Origin: a virus
DNA: 64,000 bases
Direction: 5' to 3' (one strand)
IMG/VR virus record: IMGVR_UViG_3300044492_000179
Shown: one piece after another, positions 53,259-62,974 of the stretch
How positions within the stretch are numbered: position 1 is the first letter of the stretch
Layout of the letters: each line of letters opens with the position of its first letter
Notes under the pieces: generated by a model
Told to the model about the DNA's origin: nothing
Seen by the model: the letters and a program-made list of their open reading frames with translations, nothing else
Database searches by the model: none
Program-made: the position numbers and the translations under genes

Positions 53259-54277
53259 CACCCATCGAGCCCGGCATTTATTTCGGTTTGGACGAAGCGA
53301 TCTATCACGCTGACCCGGCGCTCGGCTCGACCGACATCCGGCGGCTGCGATGCAGCGCGGCTGACTACTGGCACCATTCGGCGCTCAACCCAACGCGGCC
53401 GTCGGTGGAACCGAGTCCGGCGCAAGCTTATGGCCGCGCCATTCACCTGCGCGTCCTGGAAGGCCACGACAAATTCCTGCAGCGCTACGAACGCACGCCC
53501 GAGCCCGAGGGCTTGCTGGTGACCGACGCCGACCTGGCGGACTGGTTGACCGCGCATGGCGTCAACAAGTTGCCGCGCAGCAAGGCCGAGAAGATCGTGC
53601 AGGCAATCGGCCTTGATCCGCAAGTGCGCATCTTGTCCGAATTCGAACGGCGAGCTGCAGAAGCCGGCCGCGAGTTGCTCAAGCGTGCAGATTACGATCG
53701 CATCATCACCGCGTCCAATTTGATCACGCAAAACCCCGATCTTGCCACCGCATTCAGCAACGGCTTCTCAGAGGTTAGCGTGTTCTGGGATCGTGCCGAC
53801 GGCGTGCGCTGTAAGGCACGGTTTGATTTCCTGAAAGCCCGCGGCATCGGCGATCTCAAGTCGACACGCAACCCGCTCGGGCTGGATTTCATCGATGCCT
53901 GCCGGCGCGCGATCGCCAACTATCGCTATGACATCCAGGCCGCACATTACCTCGAAGGCCGCCGGCACATTCCGGCACTGCTCGGCAACGTGCAGGGCGA
54001 CCACGATGACGACTGGCTGGCGCGTGTCGCAGCTACGGAAGAGTTCGGTTTCGTGTTCGTGTTTTTCCAGGCCGATGATGCGCCAATTTCCTGGGCGTGC
54101 TCGCTCTCGCCCGGCAATCCGATTCTTGAGATCGGGCGTCAGTCGATCGAGGCGGCGATCGAGCGCTTCAAGCTGTTCGGATCGCAGTTCGGGCCCCACG
54201 AGCCCTGGATGCTGCAGGAGCCTGTCGAAGAACTCACCATCGGAGAGCTGCCAGGCTATTACGGGAGAGGCAAATGA
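53255..54277 (+). CDS. PD-(D/E)xK exonuclease (RecE/ExoVIII C-terminal, DUF3799-like)
   Basis: IEPGIYFGL....YHADPALGST, EVSVFW, CKARFDFL, DLKS, YRYDIQAAHY. Confidence 0.85.
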   Translation: MTPIEPGIYFGLDEAIYHADPALGSTDIRRLRCSAADYWHHSALNPTRPSVEPSPAQAYGRAIHLRVLEGHDKFLQRYERTPEPEGLLVTDADLADWLTAHGVNKLPRSKAEKIVQAIGLDPQVRILSEFERRAAEAGRELLKRADYDRIITASNLITQNPDLATAFSNGFSEVSVFWDRADGVRCKARFDFLKARGIGDLKSTRNPLGLDFIDACRRAIANYRYDIQAAHYLEGRRHIPALLGNVQGDHDDDWLARVAATEEFGFVFVFFQADDAPISWACSLSPGNPILEIGRQSIEAAIERFKLFGSQFGPHEPWMLQEPVEELTIGELPGYYGRGK

Positions 54278-55461
54278 GTGAACGCGTAGACCAGAAAACC
54301 GGCGAGATAATTCCCGAGCAACTGCCCGCCACCGTCGATACCACGATGGCGAGCGCAATCGTCAAGGCCGAGCTCGATTCCCGCGTCACGACTGCGCACG
54401 CTTTCCCGCGTTCGGTCGCAACGTCAGTGCAAAACATTCTCTCGCTGGTAACGCTCAACGAAAAGACCGCCGAGACCATGATCTATGCAGTGCCGCGCGG
54501 CAACAAGCCGATCGTCGGCCCATCAATCCGGCTGGCTGAAATCGTGTCGCAATGCTGGGGCAATTGCGTTTCGGAATCACGCATGGTGGCGATCGACAGA
54601 GTCAATAAGATCGTCACCGCGGAAGGCCTGTTCACAGACCTACAGACGAACTCCACCGTTAAGGCCTCGGTCGAGCGGCGCATTTCCGACAAGCATGGCC
54701 GGCTTTATTCCGACGACATGATCGCTGTCACAGGCAACGCCGCGCGCTCGATCGCGCGCCGCAACGCCATCCTGGCCGGGGTGCCCAAGGCAATCTGGGA
54801 ACAAGCCTATGAGGCGGCCGAGCAATGTGTCGCCGGCGATGTCGCCACCGTGGCGGTGACCCGCGAGAAGGCGATCAAAGCTTTTGCGGTTTATGGGCTC
54901 AAGCCCGAGCAGGTCTACAAGCTGATCGATGTGAAGGGCGAGCAAGACATCGGCATCGACGAGGTGCTCTCGCTGCGCGCCATGTATGCATCGATCAAGA
55001 ACGGCGAGGCTACGGTCGAGGAGCTGATGGCCGAGGCTACGCGCGGCGCCACAAATTTCGAGCGTGTTGCCAATCCGCTTAAGGATGCGCCCGGCGACAA
55101 AAAGCCCGAGCCGCGCAAGAAGGCAGCCGCAGCAACAGCAACTACCGAATCCACTTCTTCCGCTGGCGCCGAACACGCAGCGGGAGGAGGTGCGCCCGCC
55201 CCAACTTCCGGTGCCGCGTCAGGGGCGGGCGCCACTTCCGATGCAAAGAAGACCGAGCCGAAGACACAGGCCGCCTACGTGGCCTACGCCGGCAACTGGC
55301 GCGACGCGACCGATGATGCTGACGACCTCGCGCGCCGCTGGGATGCGGAGAAGACTTTGCGCAACAAGTGCCTGGTCGAACCCGAGGTGCGCGACGATCT
55401 CAAGGCGTTGCTCGACGTGAAGGTCGGCATGCTGCGGGCGAAAGCGGGAGCCCCGGCGTGA
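54274..55461 (+). CDS. Putative recombination partner protein
   Basis: AHAFPRS, YAVPRG.KPIVGPSIRLAE...WGN; adjacent to the exonuclease; C-terminal domain resembles that of 2928-3986. Confidence 0.55.
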   Translation: MSERVDQKTGEIIPEQLPATVDTTMASAIVKAELDSRVTTAHAFPRSVATSVQNILSLVTLNEKTAETMIYAVPRGNKPIVGPSIRLAEIVSQCWGNCVSESRMVAIDRVNKIVTAEGLFTDLQTNSTVKASVERRISDKHGRLYSDDMIAVTGNAARSIARRNAILAGVPKAIWEQAYEAAEQCVAGDVATVAVTREKAIKAFAVYGLKPEQVYKLIDVKGEQDIGIDEVLSLRAMYASIKNGEATVEELMAEATRGATNFERVANPLKDAPGDKKPEPRKKAAAATATTESTSSAGAEHAAGGGAPAPTSGAASGAGATSDAKKTEPKTQAAYVAYAGNWRDATDDADDLARRWDAEKTLRNKCLVEPEVRDDLKALLDVKVGMLRAKAGAPA

Positions 55462-55826
55462 CGACCGAGGCGGCTGTTCGGTTTGGCATCGTGCTGGGGT
55501 TGCTGGTGTTGGTGCTGCTGCTGGCGCCGTCGGCGAGCGCGCCGCGCAGCAGCGAGAAGCCGAGCCGGCCGCCCGTAGTCGCGGCGGCAGTGCAATCGGT
55601 GGCAGTCAAGGACGACAAGCTGCCGGTGCGCACGGACAGCTACCGACCGTCATTCGCGGTGAGCGCACCGGAAGCGTCCCTGCCGGTGCCGGCAGTCGAA
55701 ACGCCGCCGCCGCCGGCCGCGCGCGCCGCTGTTCCGCCGCGGCGTGTCGCACACAACATCTGCCGCGGGCGCGGCCGCACCTACTACAACGCCGGGCGCT
55801 CCTGGCGTTGCAACCGAAGAGGATAA
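55458..55826 (+). CDS. Membrane-anchored Pro-rich protein with C-terminal Cys pair
   Basis: GTG start, TM FGIVLGLLVLVLLLA, RTDSYR, NICRGRG...GRSWRC. Confidence 0.65.
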   Translation: MTTEAAVRFGIVLGLLVLVLLLAPSASAPRSSEKPSRPPVVAAAVQSVAVKDDKLPVRTDSYRPSFAVSAPEASLPVPAVETPPPPAARAAVPPRRVAHNICRGRGRTYYNAGRSWRCNRRG

Positions 55827-56052
55827 ACCATGCCGAACAGTCACGGTCACCGACGAGCTCGACCGGATAGCCGCGCTCTGCTCCGACCGGGCCTGGCTGC
55901 GGATTATGGGGCCGTTCAGATGGGGCGGCGAATGGGTCGCCCACGGCGAACTGCGGGAGCGCAGCCCATAGGCTTGTGCGAGCCTATGACCGGCGACCTC
56001 GCCGAACACGGCGCACCAGACGCCAATATCTGGGGGAAGAAAGGATCGTCAA

Positions 56053-57063
56053 ATGGATACAGAAACGTCAATAAGCCCAAAGCAGAATCTGGCAAACGAA
56101 GTTCGCACAAAGATCGCGGCAGTTGCTGCTGCCGCGACCGATGACGAGCGCAAGACCGTAAAAGACATTCTCGCTCTGGCTGCTAAAGGACAATATGGGG
56201 CGGGACCAAAACCATACAACATCACCGCTGGAATTGGGGCGGTGCTTTTTCTAGAGCACAATCCGCACAATCGTGATTGGGATCCAAAATGGTCTTTGGA
56301 ACTCAGCCGTCGTCAGCGGGCGGGTATCTGGCGCCTGAATAATGAATGCCCAGGCTTTTACAAAGACGGCAAGCTTGCAGACGCGCAACATCGCTTTGCC
56401 GCTACGGCGCTATCGTCTGGCTTCGCGTGGACAACGGTGATCATCTTTGGAATGGAGCGCAATTCAATTACGACAGTAGATGCCGGGCGGCGGCGCGATG
56501 CAGCGTCGGCGCTCAAGATGGACGGCATGCGCGACCCCAAACTCAAGCAAACGGTGATCAAGACCGCCGCAAGTTACCTCGTAAAGCTCGGGCACGAGAG
56601 CGCTGCACTTCGTTCGGAAGTTGAGATTTCTGATGCAATCCAAGGAAACCACGGCGTGCTCGAAGTGGCGATCTCAATCGCCGAGACCAGCGAACAGAAT
56701 CTAGTCAATCCAGTCCTCAAGACCTCCATTGCAGCAACGGTCGCATATCTTGGCCTGACGCATGGCTGGCCGGAACAGCGTGTGCGCGAGAAGCTGGCGC
56801 TGTTCCAGACCGGCCAGTCGAATGCAGGCGAGCAAGAGCCGTTCTTTCTGGCTGGCAAGATTATCGAAAATGCCCGCGCCAAGAGTGGCGCGCAAGAGAA
56901 GCTCTCGACGATCAAGGAGGTCGCTTTGGTTATGCATGCGATGCGCATCACGACCCAGGGCGTGCGTGCGACGACAAAGAAGCAGATGCTGGCTGCAATC
57001 AAAAGCGATTTGCCGAAGGTCGACTACCCTGGCGAGGAGCTCCTGCTGGAGGCGGCTGAATAG
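56053..57063 (+). CDS. ParB/Srx-like (DGQHR-type) domain protein
   Basis: HNRDW...GIWRLNNE...KDGKLADAQHRFAA...TVDAGRRR. Confidence 0.6.
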   Translation: MDTETSISPKQNLANEVRTKIAAVAAAATDDERKTVKDILALAAKGQYGAGPKPYNITAGIGAVLFLEHNPHNRDWDPKWSLELSRRQRAGIWRLNNECPGFYKDGKLADAQHRFAATALSSGFAWTTVIIFGMERNSITTVDAGRRRDAASALKMDGMRDPKLKQTVIKTAASYLVKLGHESAALRSEVEISDAIQGNHGVLEVAISIAETSEQNLVNPVLKTSIAATVAYLGLTHGWPEQRVREKLALFQTGQSNAGEQEPFFLAGKIIENARAKSGAQEKLSTIKEVALVMHAMRITTQGVRATTKKQMLAAIKSDLPKVDYPGEELLLEAAE

Positions 57064-57121
57064 CTTCAGGGAAGGCGAAGCGCCGGGGCGCGAATGCCCC
57101 GGCTTACCGGAGGCAAATGCC

Positions 57122-58351
57122 ATGACCGCAGAAGCAATGAGAGTTTCCAACCTTGATGACGAGCGCCTGATTCGCGAGGGCGAAGCTGCTGCCAGATCTT
57201 ACGCAAGATCGGGACGAGAGAGTATTCTACCAATGGCGCGCGGCCTCGTCGCAGCTCGCCTAAAATATCCAAGCAACCAGGAATTTGGTTGCTGGTTCGA
57301 TCAGTCGCCATATGCCGAAGTGGTGACGAATCACACCATGCGCGCCGCACTGATCTATCTTGGTGAACACGACGAGATCGCAGCCCCAATCATTCAGAAT
57401 TGTCGCACTGTCGATCCCGTAGCCATCGCGGCGGCGGTCACAGCCATCGCTGAATCGTTTTCACAAAAAGTGAAAACGCCACGCGTCCCACCTTCAACTC
57501 CAGAACTACCCACTGCAATCGCTCGGGCCACTGAAGGTGCCGAATCGCCTGTGCCGGAAGCAGTGCCGCCGACATCTATCTCCCGGCGCAGCCCGTTCTA
57601 CGGCTTGCCTCGCGCAGACGAGGTCGCGGCCATCTACCTCGCCAAAGAAACCCGCGTTGATCTCGGCAAACTCATCAAAGCGCGCGGTGGCAAGGAAGTA
57701 TGGTCATTGGTTCTTGCATTCATCGATGCCGGGTTCTTGACGCCCACGAAGCTGGCTTTCACCAAGGCCAGCTTGCGAATTTTATTCCCGCCTGCCGACC
57801 GCGCTTATTGCAAACGCCACGACCTCACCATCGCAAGACAGCGCGAGCATGTGCGAGATCACATCCTCCCGGCCATGATCGCATGCCGTGACAAGCTGCT
57901 GGCTGCACCGGAACGTATCGGCGAGATACTGGCTGAGCACGAGAATGCGCAGCGCGCGGATCAACGCGCGGCCGCACATAGCGTAAGGCGCGCGACTGCG
58001 GTTAAGGCTCTCCCATCAATAGAGCAGGAGCTTGTGATGTTCGGCCAAACCGTCTGGCCGAGGCTCGATAACAGCCAAGGCGAATACGACTATGATCAAG
58101 TGCGCGCGGCAGTTTGGACCTTCCGGGATTATGAAGCGTGGAACGTGCTAGCACAGGAAAACACCAAGTCGCACGCGATGCGCATCCGCAATTCGCTGCG
58201 ATATTTTGGGGAATACGTGGATCGTACCGACCGCAACAACCCTGTGCGCAAAATCATTTCGTTGATGCTCTGGTTCTCTTACCTAATGGAAAAACATCCA
58301 GGCGCTGAGTGCAAGTGGCCGATGTATCCTCACATCGAAGGGCAATGGTAA
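57122..58351 (+). CDS. Hypothetical protein
   Basis: 409-aa ORF with RBS GGAGG; N-terminal ARGLVAARLKYPSNQEFGCWF. Confidence 0.65.
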   Translation: MTAEAMRVSNLDDERLIREGEAAARSYARSGRESILPMARGLVAARLKYPSNQEFGCWFDQSPYAEVVTNHTMRAALIYLGEHDEIAAPIIQNCRTVDPVAIAAAVTAIAESFSQKVKTPRVPPSTPELPTAIARATEGAESPVPEAVPPTSISRRSPFYGLPRADEVAAIYLAKETRVDLGKLIKARGGKEVWSLVLAFIDAGFLTPTKLAFTKASLRILFPPADRAYCKRHDLTIARQREHVRDHILPAMIACRDKLLAAPERIGEILAEHENAQRADQRAAAHSVRRATAVKALPSIEQELVMFGQTVWPRLDNSQGEYDYDQVRAAVWTFRDYEAWNVLAQENTKSHAMRIRNSLRYFGEYVDRTDRNNPVRKIISLMLWFSYLMEKHPGAECKWPMYPHIEGQW

Positions 58352-58445
58352 CGCGGCACACCGGCGGAAACGAGGCAAGACGTGCATCGTGCATGAACTT
58401 CGCCGCTTCAAGGTGTGGCGAAAGAAGGCTGCCTAAAAAGTCCAA

Positions 58446-58466
58446 AAAATAGGCCCAGTCCTATCT
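58446..58466. promoter_or_regulatory. Operator-like AAAATAG-N8-CTAT site upstream of the recombinase operon
   Basis: AAAATAG gcccagtc CTATCT, about 45 nt before ATG 58511. Confidence 0.55.
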
Positions 58467-58510
58467 CGACTTGGGGTCAATTCTGAGCGACTCTATTGGG
58501 AGTTTGCGTA

Positions 58511-58774
58511 ATGGCGAATCGGCCACCGATTGACCTGAGTGTTCGAAAGCTCGATCCGTCCGATCCGCGCAGCCCGGAGCACCCGAGTCATGACGAGCAG
58601 TTCCGGGAATTAGCCCGCGCTGTCGGGCGAGCCCTTGCTCGGCGTGATTGGGAGCGCGCACACAATGGCAAGATTGAGAGGACATCAAGTGACGAAGGCA
58701 GCCGAGGGAAAGAGGAGGGCCGTGCTCTACGCAAGGTTCTCAAGCGATCTGCAAAAGGATCGGTCGATCGATGA
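58511..58774 (+). CDS. Small protein overlapping the recombinase start (directionality-factor candidate)
   Basis: ELARAVGRALARRDW; overlaps the integrase 5' end. Confidence 0.5.
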   Translation: MANRPPIDLSVRKLDPSDPRSPEHPSHDEQFRELARAVGRALARRDWERAHNGKIERTSSDEGSRGKEEGRALRKVLKRSAKGSVDR

Positions 58775-60452
58775 TCAATTTGCGGTTTGCGAGAATTTGG
58801 CAAGGCGCGAACAGCTCAAGATAGTCGAAAGGTACAGCGACCGCGCCAAGTCAGGCGCGAGCATGTTTGAGCGCGACGAATTGCTCGAGATGATGACGGC
58901 GGCGAAGGGGCGGCAGTTCGAGTTCATCATTGTCGAAAGTCTGGACCGACTGTCGCGAGATCAGGAAGATCTAGCTGGCATCTTCAAGCGCCTAACCTTT
59001 TACGGCATTGAGATTCAAACCGTCAACGAAGGTGCAGCCACATCGCTGCACATTGGCATTCGCGGGATCGTCGGATCGATGTTCCTGGCGGATCTTGGCA
59101 ACAAAGTGCGCCGCGGTTTGAGTGGGCGCGTGCGTGAGGGCAAATTTCCAGGGACCGTCACTTATGGCTACCGCATGATCCCCGGCAAGCCTGGCGAGCG
59201 GGAGATCGATTTAGATCAAGCCGCGATCGTGCGGCGGATCTTCGAACAGTATGCGAAGGGCCGTTCGCCGCGCTCGATCGCCAGCGATCTGACTAACGAG
59301 GTGATTCCGACGCCGGGCGGGGCCGCTGCTTGGTCCCATCAAATGTTCGTCGGCGGCAATCTGCGCCACGGGATGATCGGCAACCGGCTCTACATCGGCG
59401 AGCTAGAGTGGAATCTGACGCGGACGGTTCTGAACCCCGAGACGGGCTCGCGGACGAAGCGGGCCGGCCCAGCTGACGAGCGACTGGTCGTCGCCGTCCC
59501 GCACCTGCGTATTATCGATCAAGACCTCTGGGATGAAGCGAACGCCACGCGGCAACGGCGCGCGAAGAAAATGTTTGGAGGAGACGGGAAGCTGAATACA
59601 TCGCGCGCGGGAATCGTCACTCGAAACGATTACCTGCTTGGCGGCCTGCTGCGCTGTGGCAAGTGCAATGGCCCCATGCGCATCGTTTGCTCGACTACGA
59701 AGGGCAAGTATGCTGGAAGCCGCATCGGATGCTCTGCGGCGTCGCAGACTTCCACCTGTGAACATTCCCGGTCTTATGATTTGGCGAAGCTTACGAACAG
59801 CGTGCTCGACGGCATGCGCGTGCGCCTGACCAACCGTAGCGTTATCGCCGACCTGGCTCGCGCCTACCACGAGGAATATTCGGCACACGATAAAAAGAAC
59901 CGTGGCGATGTGACCTCGATCAAGAAGGCGCTCAATCGCGTCATGGTGAAAATCGACCGGACCATTGCCGTGATCCGGGATAGCGATCTTCCCCTTAAGC
60001 CTTTGACGGCCGAACTTCAGACGCTTGAGCGCGAGCGCATCGGACTTGCCGAACGGCTTCGCCTGCTGGAGCAGAGCAACGTCGTCAACCTGCACCCCAA
60101 GGCCATCGACGGCTTTGTTGCTAACGTCGAGACCTTGTGGGGCGCCTTGACCAAGGACGGGGAGATCGAGCCCGGCGCCCGCGAGGCTTTCCGCAACGTG
60201 ATCGACACGGTGATCGTCCATCCAACCGGCAAGCGAATGCCTTACGAGACCACGGCCTATGCAAGGATCGGGGCAATCTCCGGCGTCGACCTCTTTCCGC
60301 CGGTGCGCAGCACGGCTGAAATCCTGGAATCTGAAGGGGTTAAATTCTTTTGTGACGGCAACCCCGCCACCCCGGGGTTGCCGGTAACGAAGAATGGAAA
60401 TGGGGGGGTTATTCCGCTCGGACGGTGGGTCCAAAGGGCAAAGGTGGCCTGA
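58689..60452 (+). CDS. Large serine recombinase (integrase)
   Basis: AVLYARFSS catalytic Ser motif, ESLDRLSR, YGY, recombinase domain, zinc ribbon LRCGKC...C...C, coiled coil; GTG start after GAGAGGA. Confidence 0.95.
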   Translation: MTKAAEGKRRAVLYARFSSDLQKDRSIDDQFAVCENLARREQLKIVERYSDRAKSGASMFERDELLEMMTAAKGRQFEFIIVESLDRLSRDQEDLAGIFKRLTFYGIEIQTVNEGAATSLHIGIRGIVGSMFLADLGNKVRRGLSGRVREGKFPGTVTYGYRMIPGKPGEREIDLDQAAIVRRIFEQYAKGRSPRSIASDLTNEVIPTPGGAAAWSHQMFVGGNLRHGMIGNRLYIGELEWNLTRTVLNPETGSRTKRAGPADERLVVAVPHLRIIDQDLWDEANATRQRRAKKMFGGDGKLNTSRAGIVTRNDYLLGGLLRCGKCNGPMRIVCSTTKGKYAGSRIGCSAASQTSTCEHSRSYDLAKLTNSVLDGMRVRLTNRSVIADLARAYHEEYSAHDKKNRGDVTSIKKALNRVMVKIDRTIAVIRDSDLPLKPLTAELQTLERERIGLAERLRLLEQSNVVNLHPKAIDGFVANVETLWGALTKDGEIEPGAREAFRNVIDTVIVHPTGKRMPYETTAYARIGAISGVDLFPPVRSTAEILESEGVKFFCDGNPATPGLPVTKNGNGGVIPLGRWVQRAKVA

Positions 60453-60810
60453 AGCGCGTGTGGCCGACCCGCCCATAGGATTGCGCATATTTTGGGCATT
60501 GCGCTGCCGATGGCATGACGGCCATAGCCAAGTCGGACGTTGCCGATTGCAACCGGCCCGCGCTAAAATCGCGCTGGGTGTGAGAACCCTGATGTGACTT
60601 GGGCGGATTCTATCCGCCGACGGTGCCCAGCGCGCTGTTGAAGCAGCGCGCACGGCACTCGGACGCGGCTTAGCGGCTGCGCCCCCACGGCCATCATGGC
60701 CGGGGTGCGGACGCTATACAATAGGGCGAAAGCTCGAAGGCCCCGCTCAGCTAGTCACAGCTGTTCTCACCCCCGGTCACCGAGGCCGGACCATTCCAGC
60801 GGGGGTCCCA

Positions 60811-61107
60811 ATGACACATCGTGCAACGAGCTGGACGCTCCCCGCGCTGAGGAACACCATGCTCCGTGTGCTGTCGCGCAGTGAGCGCGACCGGATCATA
60901 ATCCCGATTGACTGCGATATGTGCCAGGCCGGCGACCTCGTTGGGATCACCGCGCTGGTGTGCACGGGCATGATCGTGTGGCTCGACCGCTACGCGCTGT
61001 GCCTGCCGCGCAGCCGCAACGCTTTTCAGCTGATCAGTGTCAACGTGTACCTGCTGACGCCCGCAGGCTCCGCGCTGTGCGAGCAGCACGGGATCAAGCA
61101 ACGATGA
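60811..61107 (+). CDS. Hypothetical protein
   Basis: 98-aa ORF ending YLLTPAGSAL. Confidence 0.45.
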   Translation: MTHRATSWTLPALRNTMLRVLSRSERDRIIIPIDCDMCQAGDLVGITALVCTGMIVWLDRYALCLPRSRNAFQLISVNVYLLTPAGSALCEQHGIKQR

Positions 61108-61337
61108 CCGACCATCCGGTGGTGAGGCCGCAGAAAGAGAGCTGACATGGTCGCGTACTCATTCAAACGCCAGTTTGTCGAACCGATCCGCATCGGGCTT
61201 GGCCTGCCGCCGCTGGTGCTGCCGCCGGCACGACGCGCGGACGGGGCAAAGCCGCCGGTCAAAGGGAACGCGGTCGGCCTTGATATAGCCGGTCGTCACC
61301 GGCGACGAGATTTTGCGGGCGATGGAGGAGGACTGAT

Positions 61338-61946
61338 ATGGCGAGCCGGGAACATTTGGAGCGGGTCAGCAAGGCGTTGATCGGCGAGGGCAAGCTGATC
61401 GAGGCCGGCTGGGCGGGCCTGCGGCTCGCAGTTGGCTTGGAGAATGCGCCGGCCGAGCAGCTGCGCGAGATGCGGACAGCCTTTTTTGCCGGGGCGCAGC
61501 ATCTCTTGGCCAGCGTGATGTCGGTGCTCGACCCCGGGGCTGAGCCGACCGACGCCGACCTGAAGCTGGTGGGGCAGATCAACAACGAGCTGCAGAAATT
61601 CATCGAGGGGTTTGCGCAGGACGTCGGGCGCAAGAATAAGGCAAGCGCTAGGCCGGCGCCGGCGGAACCAGCGCGGCCCACCGCTTTCCAGCAGACGCTC
61701 GGCGACGCGCCGATCGAGGCGGACTATCGCGAGCAGATGAATGTCTTGGCGCACGTTTTAGATGCCGAATTTAATGGAGGGGATACCGGCAGGAAAACCG
61801 GCTTTGTGCTGCTGGTGTTCCCGTTTGCCGATCATGCCGGTCGCTGCAACTACATCAGCAACGCCAACCGCGACGACGTCGTCGTTTTGCTCAAGGAGCA
61901 GCTGGCGCGGTTCGAGGGCTGGCCGGACGCGAGCGGCCATGCCTAA
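61338..61946 (+). CDS. Hypothetical protein
   Basis: RBS GGAGGAG; EMRTAFFAGAQH and GFVLLVFPF...CNYISNA blocks. Confidence 0.7.
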   Translation: MASREHLERVSKALIGEGKLIEAGWAGLRLAVGLENAPAEQLREMRTAFFAGAQHLLASVMSVLDPGAEPTDADLKLVGQINNELQKFIEGFAQDVGRKNKASARPAPAEPARPTAFQQTLGDAPIEADYREQMNVLAHVLDAEFNGGDTGRKTGFVLLVFPFADHAGRCNYISNANRDDVVVLLKEQLARFEGWPDASGHA

Positions 61947-61961
61947 ACAGGATATGCGATT

Positions 61962-62654
61962 ATGAGCGGTCGGTTTGTTGATGAAAGGGAGGATGACATG
62001 ATCGAGCGGCCGGCGCGGCTTAAGCATTTTCCGACGGACCATCGCGGATTTGTAGTCCCCTGGTTCGTGCAGTGGTTCAAGGACGGCGAGCCCGGTACCT
62101 TTGGCGAGGGCGCGCCCGACTTTCGCGTTGCCGACGAGCACAAGTTTAGGCGCGCGCTGAAGGAGAAGCGCTGCTGGGTTTGCGGCGACAAGCTTGGCGT
62201 GCATTTGGCGTTTCTGATCGGGCCGATGTGCGCGGTGAACAAGGTCACCAGCGAGCCGGCCTGTCATTTCGAGTGTGCGGACTATGCGGCGCGCGTCTGC
62301 CCCTTCCTGACGCGCCCGCGGATGCGGCGCAACGAGCATGCGTTGCCGGCGGAGCGCATCGAGGCGCCCGGGTTGCATTTGCGGCGCAATCCGGGTGCGT
62401 CCTGCCTCTGGGTCACGCGCAGTTACACGACGTTTCGGCCGGGCGTCGGCGCGGACGGCATGCTCTTCGCGCTCGGCCCGCCCGAGCGCGTGCTTTGGTA
62501 TTGCGAGGGGCGGGCGGCGACGCGCGCCGAGATCGAGGCCGCGATCGTCGGCGGCTTGCCGGCGCTGGAGGAGGTCGCGGAGTTGCAGGGCGGCGGCGCC
62601 AGGGCCGAATTGATCGAGGGCGTGCGGGCCGTCCGGACGCTGTTGCCGGCATGA
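61962..62654 (+). CDS. Cys-rich hypothetical phage protein (start may be 61997)
   Basis: GFVVPWFV, RCWVCG, GPMCAVN..TSEPACH.ECA.YAARVCPFL. Confidence 0.7.
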   Translation: MSGRFVDEREDDMIERPARLKHFPTDHRGFVVPWFVQWFKDGEPGTFGEGAPDFRVADEHKFRRALKEKRCWVCGDKLGVHLAFLIGPMCAVNKVTSEPACHFECADYAARVCPFLTRPRMRRNEHALPAERIEAPGLHLRRNPGASCLWVTRSYTTFRPGVGADGMLFALGPPERVLWYCEGRAATRAEIEAAIVGGLPALEEVAELQGGGARAELIEGVRAVRTLLPA

Positions 62655-62974
62655 ACGACAAGCAGCTTGAGCTTTGGACCGTCTACCAAAACACGAGCGA
62701 TTACCCTGGGCAGTACGTGGCGCGGAAGTTTCTCAACGATCAACCGACGGCGGAGATGTTTGTTTCCGCCCGGATGTTACCGGGCATGCGTAAGCACCGC
62801 GGGATTGAGCAACGGCAACTCCAGCCAGGCAGGCTTCGCCGGCTGACGGCAGTCGCGGATGTCGCGGACCAGATTGGCGATCAGCTCGGCCTGCGTTTTG
62901 TTGCGCTCGGAAGCGTTGGCGGCGACTTCGCCGAGCACATAGGCGGCGAACCAGAGAAAACCAACATTAACCAC

